DNA from: Acidobacteriota bacterium
GTDB lineage: Bacteria; Acidobacteriota; UBA6911; RPQK01; JADFOI01
Length of the DNA: 64,000 nt
Assembly: GCA_963663035.1 (NCBI GenBank)
Contig: OY760074.1
Location: 3,264,001 to 3,328,000, forward strand
Direction: 5' to 3'
Under the pieces are notes generated by a model. That model worked only from the letters and a program-made list of their open reading frames with translations. It had not been told where the DNA came from and did not search any database. Made by a program: the position numbers and the translations under genes. Each line of letters opens with the position of its first letter. Position 1 is the stretch's first letter. This document shows positions 50,146 through 58,257 of the stretch, in pieces.

Positions 50146-50767
50146 ACTCACCGACTCAGTCGTTCGTGGCGCCCCAAGCGTGACCGCTAGCCCAGCGCAA
50201 TCAGCTGGCATCTGTTTTGGAGTATCAGTGACAATCTCTGGCGATGGGCTTGCTTGGAAAACGGTCGAGTCCCGGCCCGGCTTAAAACTGCCAGGCGGTG
50301 TCAGACCCGTGCCCGTCGGTACCTCCAACACCCTTCGAGTGTTGGAGGTACCGGAACGAATCATGTGCAGCAGTGAAGTCCACATTTCAGTTCTCCAAAC
50401 ACACTCGCACTCCGGTTGCAGTGCGGTCGAAGCAATTCATCTGACCGACTATGGTTCCGGACTTGGTGACTCGACACACCTGGTTTTGAGCTGCCTCTGT
50501 ATCTTCTGCGTTGCTGTGCCTAAAAAGGAAAAAGAGGGGCAAGCTCTTGTGGTCTCCCCAGGGGAGAAGAGAGGTTCTTAACCGCCCTTATCTTCACCCG
50601 CCACCACGGCCCTGTCAAGGGGGAAGCGCTTTTCCGGTGATTCCTCCCGAACTGCGACCACTGGAGTCCTCTGATTAACAGACCGAAATAGGGGAGATCA
50701 CAAAAGTAAGACGGGACGGAACTCTTTTGGTTTTTGACCAGATGGCTTGATTGTAAGCATTAGGCGT

Positions 50768-50974
50768 GCTCAATAGTGGGCACAGTCTGGGCACATCACC
50801 CAACTAACTTACGTTTTATCAATAGGTTGAAATGCCGCACTAGATCTCCTGTCTGGAGAGCACCAGCTGAAACCCAAGGAATAAACGGGTTTCAGCCGAT
50901 GTGGGAGACGGAGACAGGGGAGTCAGCTTTCTCGAGTCTGAAAAAGAGAGAAGACTTTTCTGGAGTGAAAACCA
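50768..50974. other. Conserved tRNA-proximal module end (arm-like repeats, IHF box, hairpin)
   Basis: GGGCACA x2 (50778, 50789), TATCAATAGGTTG (50817), CTGAAACCC..GGGTTTCAG. Homologous to 55413-55582 and 57901-58103. Confidence 0.8.
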
Positions 50975-51037
50975 TGGTGCCGGAGGGGGGGGAGTCGAAC
51001 CCCCACGAGAGTCACCCCTCGCCAGATTTTGAGTCTG
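50975..51037 (-). repeat. tRNA-Leu 3' fragment (att copy 2)
   Basis: Matches the tRNA 3' part, with the G-run two bases longer. Confidence 0.93.
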
Positions 51038-51170
51038 AGTGAGTTCCACTCGATTTGTGAAGAAAAGCTTATATTTATCAACCAGTTCCAGGATTCTTCG
51101 CCAATCCAAATAAGTGAAACATTACGAAAGATTGAGGTTTGAAGCGGGCGAAAAACGGGCGGCGGGCACA
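51038..51170. other. Conserved tRNA-distal module end
   Basis: CCACTCGATTTGTGAAGAAAAGCT...TATCAACCAGTTC...ACGAAAGATTGAG...CGGGCGAAAAACGGGC. Homologous to 46199-46325, 55644-55770 and, partly, 43268-43332. Confidence 0.85.
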
Positions 51171-51630
51171 AACCGCTTCCTTGTCATGTCTTGCCTCATT
51201 TTTAAATCGAAAAGCCTAACATGCAACCTGGACTCGTTTTAGGGTGTAAGGTCAATTTCTTGCGAGAGAATAGCCTTGATGCTGGGCTGAGTTATGATGA
51301 GAAAGATCATGAGAAGCGATTGGCAGAAGAATTTTCCTTGGTGGAAAGAAGGAAGAAGAAGAGGAAGAGGATAGGGACCCAGAAGAATTGAGGAGACGTC
51401 TTATCGAGCAACACAATCAGCAGACAAATCAAAAGTATCCAGAAATCTCCGCTGAACTTCTAGCCTTGTTATGAGACTGAAAGTGTAAGTAGTGTAATCA
51501 ACCTAGAAACTGAGTCAGGTATCAGACTCGGGTTAACCGGATTGGGGATTTGCAGTCCGCACACGATTCTTGGAGGAATGCGCTTGAACTTGGATACAAC
51601 AATTTCAAAATTCGAGTGTGCTACTTCCCG

Positions 51631-53835
51631 CTAACCGCTCAGCCATGCCTGCAGAATGGCCTTGATCTGGTTCCAAAAAAGGGCGCTCAGGAGCGCGACA
51701 GTGAGCAGAGCGGCCAGCAGGGCAACCAGGCCGACACGAGTCCAACGAAACACGCCGTATCCGGTTTGACGTAGAAAGAGGGTGACCAGGTCGCGGCGTT
51801 CCTTGCGTGCCCCTTCTGGCAAGTGGGGCGTGTGGCTGAAGAGATAGCCGAGCCGTCGCGTCATGTACATGCGGAAATTCACCGCCCAGCCGCACGCCTC
51901 CAACAGAGCGCTCATGTCCCGCTTGCGCAGCTTGTTCCAACCCGAAAGTGCACTGAACAGGGCCACCACCAGCACCAGGCTCACCAAGGCAATGCCGGCT
52001 TTCAGAAAGCTGATCTGCGAAAGTGTCTTGATCAGGTAGACCAGCGAGGAACCGACAGCGGCGAAGGCAATGCCGCCACCCAGCAGCAGGTCGCGCATGC
52101 CAGGGCTGGAAGGGGGTGCCGCTCCCGCCGATGGCACCTGGGTAGGCTGCTGGAGCGACTCGCCTTTTTCCATCTTCGTTGTGATCTCGGTGGTGGCCTT
52201 TTCCAGAGACCCGGCCCGGGTGCCTGCAAAGGCTTCAACCTTCTCGGAGAATAGCTTTTTTGCTTTCACAAAAGGCGACTTGATCGCCTCCCACAGGCTG
52301 ATGGGATTCTCGACCATATCCACTACTCGTGCGTCCCACTCCTTGCCCTGCAGATCATAGAAGATACCGCGCTTGCCAATTTCGAGGGCCCCCTGGCCGC
52401 CAGCCGTGAGGGCGGCGGCAATCTCGAAACTCCGCCCCTGCTCCTGGGGCATGGTGATCTCGGCGTACACCAGAAACATCTTGCTGGTCTGGGCGATCTT
52501 CTTGTGCTCGGCGCGGTTTCGGACCTTCACTGTAAAGGCAAGTTCGCGGCCGTCAATGATCAGGTCGCCTAATTCAAACAGGGCACGGCGACTGGGGTCG
52601 TACAGCGCCGAGAAACTTACAAAGTTGTTGGCCAGTTCCAGGAGCCAGCGCTGGTACAGGATGAGCTTCTCCAGGTCAGTCACTTGCTTCACCTCATCCT
52701 TTACCGCCAGATCCTCCAGTAGGAGCTGGAGAAGTCTTTTCTGAGCCGGACCATCTAAGTATTCTTTCAGCGTGGTCTCACTCAACTCACTGACGCCATC
52801 CGATGGCTTCTCCGCCTTCCACGCACAATAGGGCTCGAAGATGGTCTTGACCTGCTGCCAGCCGATCCGCGTGAGAGATTCGTGGGAGTCCGGCTGGGCA
52901 CGGGCAAGGACCCGGTCTTGTAGTTCGTCCATCTGATCCTGGTAGTACGGATTGATGGGGCCCTGCAAGTTCAATACACCTTCAGCATTAGGCGTTTGCA
53001 GTGGCGCTTGCGCGAGCTGTTTTTCCATGGCCCCGAGGTCGGAGCCGTCCAGGTTTTGGAGATCTTGTTGACTCAGGCTGATCCGTTCGGCGGTGCGGGC
53101 ATCGAGCTTTACCAGGTCGCACTGCCAGAAGAACTGTTCGATCTTGGCATCGAGTTCAGACGTGAGCTTCACGGCGGCCGCCGTGTCGTCGCCCCAGGGC
53201 AGAATCCCTGCCGCGCCGTCATCTTCGGCGAGTGCCTTCCAGGCCAGGTAATTCCTCACACCATCCAGGAATTGGCACAGGTGACCTTCGTTGATGCCGT
53301 CTGCGCCGCTCATATCCTTGGTACTGCCCACCTGCTCGAGTACGTCACTTGCCAACTGTGCCGCAGCCGGATCCGAAACGTGCTGGGGGGGGAGTACCCC
53401 GTCGCCGTTGGGAGGGGTCATCCCGTACGTATTCCGAAAGATGCGCACCTGTTCCAGGCTTATCTCGTCCAAGTTCTTGACCTTCAGTTGTCCCAGGATA
53501 TGGATCGCGGCTTCCTTGAGCTTCCGGCCCTCCTCGTGGCTGGTATCCAGGTCCGCGAGGCGAAGGACGTCTGAGGAATCGGCCATTCGGTCGCCTTTCG
53601 CTATCATACGGAACATCCATCTCACTGCCGCCCGCAAATGCTCGGCACGGATGGTCCCGCTACCGTCCTGATTCAAGTACTTGAGGAACGCGGGATCGCA
53701 CTGTAGGCTTTCGATCTGCACGCTGGTGGCGGCCCAGCGAGCTGGGTGGAGCTGGTGGATGAAGGCAAGATCCTCCGCGCTCTCGATGCGCAGTTGGTGG
53801 ATCCCGCCGTAATTTCGGAAGACAATGGGCTTCAT
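51631..53835 (-). CDS. Large hypothetical protein with C-terminal TM segments
   Basis: ~734 aa from MKPIVFRNYGGIHQLRIESAEDL. NGDGVL, LANNFVSF, GKRGIFYD..G.EWDA..V..VENPIS, KLRKRD....LEACGWAVN. Confidence 0.75.
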   Translation of the reverse strand: MKPIVFRNYGGIHQLRIESAEDLAFIHQLHPARWAATSVQIESLQCDPAFLKYLNQDGSGTIRAEHLRAAVRWMFRMIAKGDRMADSSDVLRLADLDTSHEEGRKLKEAAIHILGQLKVKNLDEISLEQVRIFRNTYGMTPPNGDGVLPPQHVSDPAAAQLASDVLEQVGSTKDMSGADGINEGHLCQFLDGVRNYLAWKALAEDDGAAGILPWGDDTAAAVKLTSELDAKIEQFFWQCDLVKLDARTAERISLSQQDLQNLDGSDLGAMEKQLAQAPLQTPNAEGVLNLQGPINPYYQDQMDELQDRVLARAQPDSHESLTRIGWQQVKTIFEPYCAWKAEKPSDGVSELSETTLKEYLDGPAQKRLLQLLLEDLAVKDEVKQVTDLEKLILYQRWLLELANNFVSFSALYDPSRRALFELGDLIIDGRELAFTVKVRNRAEHKKIAQTSKMFLVYAEITMPQEQGRSFEIAAALTAGGQGALEIGKRGIFYDLQGKEWDARVVDMVENPISLWEAIKSPFVKAKKLFSEKVEAFAGTRAGSLEKATTEITTKMEKGESLQQPTQVPSAGAAPPSSPGMRDLLLGGGIAFAAVGSSLVYLIKTLSQISFLKAGIALVSLVLVVALFSALSGWNKLRKRDMSALLEACGWAVNFRMYMTRRLGYLFSHTPHLPEGARKERRDLVTLFLRQTGYGVFRWTRVGLVALLAALLTVALLSALFWNQIKAILQAWLSG

Positions 53836-53963
53836 AACGCACATTCTACTCCATTGCAGGGAATGTAAGGCAGTACGAGATCTGAACAGGTCAAGGCTCG
53901 GGCTTGGGCATGTGCAGCCGACACCTCTCCCTGACTTGGCTGAGTCCGAGAGGAAGGAAGAAG

Positions 53964-55410
53964 TTATGAAAGGAGTCGTGCCAGCACGAGCAGGTTGTAG
54001 CTCAGGACCGAAAGGTGCGCGTAGCGCTGAAAGTGAGACCAAAGACCCGCTTGGCCATGGAGATGCAACCTTCAATGCCGGCTCGGAATCACCTCAGCTG
54101 TTTGTAGACCCAACTGGATCGGACCAGGTCCTGGATTTTCGATCCTAATTTCTTGGCAAAGGCCACGTCCTTGACGCCTTGCTTTTTGGCCCATTTGAGA
54201 TTGCCCGAAGAAGCAAAGCCGCCATCCAAACTGGCCTGGCGAGGGTAACGCCCGTACAAGTCGCACTGACGCTCCAGCAGGGGCTCGAGCTGTTGGCTGT
54301 CGGCTGGATTGCCTCTGAGCAAAAGAGCATCCAGGATCAGCGAGGACTTGCCAGCGGTCGGATAGAGCTTATGGCCAAAGAGGCTCTCGCGTGCGCCTTT
54401 TTCGATAATGTCGGTGTGTTCTTCAAAGATGGAGACGATCTTTTCGGTAGCCGGGACCTTCTGGCCCAGGATCACCCGACGGTGAGTTTGTTGGATCACT
54501 CGTCCCAGCAGATCCAGATGGTGGGCCAACGCACCGGCGCCAGGACTGGGCTGATGGGGTCCTGCCACTGCGGTGCCTGCTCCAGTGCCCGGGTGCCGTA
54601 ACCAAGGGTCCAGCCAGCGATCTTCAAGAGATCCCGATAATGCTTTTTGCGCTTCTCGCCCCGACTATTTCAGATGTTCAAACAACGTTTTTTGGCATGT
54701 CTGGAATGATCCACAAAAGAGAGGGACTCAGACGGGTTCAACTGCTTTAAAAGGCGGGTCACGACCCGAATCGAATTGTAAAGCAACTGGCTATCGAGCG
54801 GATAGCGGATGTTGCTTTGGACTCCGGTGGCATCCCCTCGAATCTTACGCCCTTTTTCCAAACCTTGTCTTATCAGCCCAACTGACCAGCACCCGATTGA
54901 CGGCCTGCCCAGTGGAGGCTTCAATCCGCGAGATGTTCTCCTGCAAGGTGGATTTGCTGGGGGTGAACCCAAAGGGCAGCCGGCAGAAAGTCCGAAAGCT
55001 CTGCGAGTCGACCAGGTGAAAAGCCAGCTTTTCATAACTGAACTGGTGGGTTTGTTTGATCAGAGCACAACGCAGGACTTGCTCAGCCGTCATGCCCCGG
55101 GCTCCCTTCTTGGAGCTGATTTTGTCACACAGATCGTGTAGAACGAGATCGGAGATCGATGGATTTTGATCCAGGATCTTGGAGATCGATTCCAGTTCCC
55201 GGGCCAGGCGATGATCGGGCCAAGAAGGGGAAAGAGGGAGTTGATTTTCTCGGTTCTTACGCATTTTCGGGCTCCTGGTTTTGTTTTAAGTCGTTTTTTT
55301 TATTGGTTTATACCAAATGACTTATCAAACGACCCCGACGAAATCAAGGCTCGAAAACGCGTACTTACCCTTTTATTTCCAACCATTTACAGGATCCCGG
55401 ATGGGATCTA
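53964..55410 (-). mobile_element. Degenerate ISNCY/IS5-like DDE element (transposase pseudogene 53964-55264)
   Basis: GARGMTAEQVLRC, SYEKLAFHL, EKIVSIFEEHTDII, FGHK, DGGFAS, *FRAGIEGCIS, with several frameshifts and stops. One end is at ~55410; the other is not resolved. Confidence 0.8.
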
Positions 55411-55582
55411 TCTAACTAACACTCTATCAATAGGTTAAAATACCGCACTAGATCTGCGGTCTGCAGAGGCACCCGCTGAAACCCAAGGAATAAGCGGGTT
55501 TCAGCCGATGTGGGAGACGGAGACAGGGGAGTCAGCTTTCTCGAGTCTGAAAAAGAGAGAGGACTTTTCTGGCGGGAAAAAA

Positions 55583-55643
55583 TGGTGCCGGAGGGGGGAG
55601 TCGAACCCCCACGAGAGTCACCCCTCGCCAGATTTTGAGTCTG
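55583..55643 (-). repeat. tRNA-Leu 3' fragment (att copy 1)
   Basis: Identical to tRNA 58104-58164. Confidence 0.95.
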
Positions 55644-55965
55644 AGCTAAATTCACTCGATTTGTGACGAAAAGCTGATATTTATCAACCAGTTCCCGGAT
55701 TTGTCACCAGTCCAGAAAAGTGAAAGGTTACGAAAGATTGAGCTTTGAAGCGGGCGAAAAACGGGCGCACTGTCTTGGTTAGACAGGGTTCATTCATTAG
55801 GTTACAAAGTGTAGGCCCGCCAAAACTCCGCCTCACCATAGAACGCAAAAGTCGAGTATTTGCGCTGACGCGTGGTCTGCAGAAGACGATGCTTGTGGAC
55901 ACCCCTGTAACGTAGTATTGTCCTTGTTGTAATTTCGGAACGGAATTGGAGGGACTCCAACCCCT

Positions 55966-57615
55966 ATGAATATTTTGCTCTATAACCCCGACAACCAGAT
56001 GACGCGGAACTACATGCCCCATCTCTGGATGTTTGTTCTCAAAGCCCTGACTCCACGGCAGCATCAGGTGTTCCTGATCGATGGGAATGCCCAGCCCATC
56101 AGTGAGCAAGAGATGGCGCAGTTCATTCGAGAAAAAGAAATCCAACTGGTGGGCATCGGAGCCATGACGCGAATGGCTGCCAGCGCCTACCGGATGGCAG
56201 ATGCCATCCGCGCCGCCGGTGCTTTGGTGGTGATGGGAGGGCCCCACGTCAGCGAGGTGCCCGACGAGCCGATCGGACGAGAAGAGGAACCTCGCCACGC
56301 CGACGCCGTCGCTTTGGGTGAGGTTGACGACATCTGGGCAGACATCGTGCGAGATGCAGAGCGAGGTCAACTCCGGGAAGTCTATCGCCACACCGACGAG
56401 TCGGGCAAGGACATGAGGCCCTCGCTGGAGAACTACCCGGAGATCCCCTGGGAAGAGATCGATCTGAGGCAGTTCGACCTGCTAGGGAAGGTCCCGGCCT
56501 GGGGAAGATACCTCCTGAGACGGGTCGGCATGGACTGGAATAGTCTCTACATCCTTCCCGTCGAGTCGGGCCGCGGGTGCCCTTATGGCTGCGATTTTTG
56601 CACGGTCACAGGGTTCTTTGGCAAGTCGATCCGCTTTCGCAGCAACGAAAGCGTCATCAATGAACTTCTGCGCCTCAAAGCGCGGGCCGCTTCCGAGAAA
56701 GGCAAGGTGGGTGTCTTTTTTATCGACGACAACTTTGCCATCAACATCAAGCGAACCAAATCGCTGCTGCGGGACATGATTGCCCAGAATGCCACGCTAC
56801 CTTGGGTGGCTCAGATCAGCATGAACCTGCTGCGGGATGAGGAACTGGTTGATCTGATTGCCCAGAGCGGGGGGCGTTGGATTTTTATGGGGCTGGAGTC
56901 GATCGATCCCGCGAGTCTGAAGGAAGTGAACAAGGGCTTCAATGATCCCCAGCAATACCAAGCCGTTCTTGATCGGCTGGCCAAACGGGGTGTCTACGCC
57001 ATCACCTCTTTCATCTTCGGAATGGACGGAGATCGACCCGGAGTAGCCGACAAAACCCTTGAAGCGATTGAGTCATGGCCTCCCGGCCTCCCTGTCTTTG
57101 GACTTCTCACCCCTTACCCTGCCACCCCCCTCTATGATCGTCTCCTCGAGAATAAGCGCCTCACGCGCCCCAAGCACTGGCTGGACTTTCGGCCTTTCCA
57201 GATGGCCTTCACACCGGAGCATATCAGTATCGAGCAGGCCGAGCAGGAGGTACGGCAGGCCTGGAGCCGCTGCTACAGCCCCGAAGCCATTGCCTCGGAT
57301 CTGAAGAAACTCGAAGGACGCCCCTTTAACGAGCGTGCCGTCCTCTTTTTCACGCGGCTGGCTTTTCGCGGCATCTATTTCCCTCAGATGACCTTGAGGC
57401 AATGGCTGGGGTTGTTTTTCAGCAACGGCCGAAGCCTTCTGCGTCTGGTGGGAGAGGGTTTCGCGACTCATCGCCGGCACCGGCGCAAGCAGCGCGAGAC
57501 CTCTCCTGCTGACGGGTCGGTGAATCAGGCTAGTGGTGTCCCCTCGCCCGCTATTGGGATCGAGGCCACACCGGCGGGCCCCGTTGCCGAGCGCCCTGTG
57601 GTCGGCCGGACTTAG
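55966..57615 (+). CDS. B12-binding domain radical SAM protein
   Basis: VVMGGPH, GE, RGCPYGCDFC (CxxxCxxC), DDNF, GLES, FIFGMDGD, TPYPATPL. Confidence 0.9.
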   Translation: MNILLYNPDNQMTRNYMPHLWMFVLKALTPRQHQVFLIDGNAQPISEQEMAQFIREKEIQLVGIGAMTRMAASAYRMADAIRAAGALVVMGGPHVSEVPDEPIGREEEPRHADAVALGEVDDIWADIVRDAERGQLREVYRHTDESGKDMRPSLENYPEIPWEEIDLRQFDLLGKVPAWGRYLLRRVGMDWNSLYILPVESGRGCPYGCDFCTVTGFFGKSIRFRSNESVINELLRLKARAASEKGKVGVFFIDDNFAINIKRTKSLLRDMIAQNATLPWVAQISMNLLRDEELVDLIAQSGGRWIFMGLESIDPASLKEVNKGFNDPQQYQAVLDRLAKRGVYAITSFIFGMDGDRPGVADKTLEAIESWPPGLPVFGLLTPYPATPLYDRLLENKRLTRPKHWLDFRPFQMAFTPEHISIEQAEQEVRQAWSRCYSPEAIASDLKKLEGRPFNERAVLFFTRLAFRGIYFPQMTLRQWLGLFFSNGRSLLRLVGEGFATHRRHRRKQRETSPADGSVNQASGVPSPAIGIEATPAGPVAERPVVGRT

Positions 57616-57900
57616 CCGCACCGGATATCTGCCTCCCTTCTGACCTACGACCCATTTCGAAAAACGGGTTCTCCTAAGCCCGTATTGGAAATTTCTCCGA
57701 GTCATTAGATATTCATTAAATGGAGGCCGTTTTTGGCCCTCTCAGGGTAGATTGGATTCTCGTAATTTACTGATTCTATTGTGCCCGGTGGGGAATCCGC
57801 ACCCTCACGAGGGAACGCTCCAACCGCTCCCCGGGCTGCAGTACGCACACAGTTCTGAGCAGAAATGGTTTGATTTCAGGAATTAGAACAGGTCAATTGA

Positions 57901-58103
57901 GCTCAATAGTGGGCACAGTCTGGGCACACTTTCCCAATAAGTGTTTTTTTCAGAGACTTAAAATGCCGCACTAGATCTCCTGTCTGGAGAGCACCCTTGA
58001 AACCCAACGGGTTCAAGGGGTTCAGCCAAATACGGCTGAGGGAGACAGTCGAATGAGCTTTCTCGGATTGTCAAAAGAGACAGAGGACTCTGGCGGGAAA
58101 ACA
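57901..58103. other. Conserved tRNA-proximal end of module 1
   Basis: GCTCAATAGTGGGCACAGTCTGGGCACA...AAATGCCGCACTAGATCTCCTGTCTGGAGAGCACC, the same as 50768-50863. Confidence 0.8.
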
Positions 58104-58192
58104 TGGTGCCGGAGGGGGGAGTCGAACCCCCACGAGAGTCACCCCTCGCCAGATTTTGAGTCTGGTGCGTCTGCCAATTCCGCCACTCCGGC
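58104..58192 (-). tRNA. tRNA-Leu(CAA)
   Basis: GCCGGAG/CTCCGGC acceptor stem, TGGCGGAATTGGCAGACGC D arm, CCAGA-CTCAAAA-TCTGG anticodon arm, long variable arm, GGTTCGACT, encoded CCA. Confidence 0.96.
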
Positions 58193-58257
58193 GCGTGAAG
58201 GCAGTATAACCCGATGAATTCAAGGGGGCCAGGGGAGCGGAGGTCGAAAGCACGAAC

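Noticed and set aside
50146-50385. 80-aa N-terminal extension of IPCT/DIPPS (and 53836-54075 of the module 2 gene)
   Set aside because: Family similarity starts at VKCLIIAAG and MKPIVF respectively. The extensions cross a hairpin or IS DNA.
51290-51475. Purine-rich stretch resembling an acidic ORF fragment
   Set aside because: No sustained open frame or recognisable motif.
54089-54091. TGA in the transposase as recoding
   Set aside because: The gene has several other frameshifts and stops, so this is simple decay.
43243-58103. Integrase or prophage genes within the island
   Set aside because: No tyrosine-recombinase (R..HxxR..Y) or serine-recombinase ORF and no phage structural gene was recognised in the track. 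Very degraded remnants cannot be excluded by eye.
43196-58192. tRNA repeats as a CRISPR array or as multiple tRNA genes
   Set aside because: Spacing is kilobases, there are no cas genes, and four copies lack the 5' acceptor strand and D arm.
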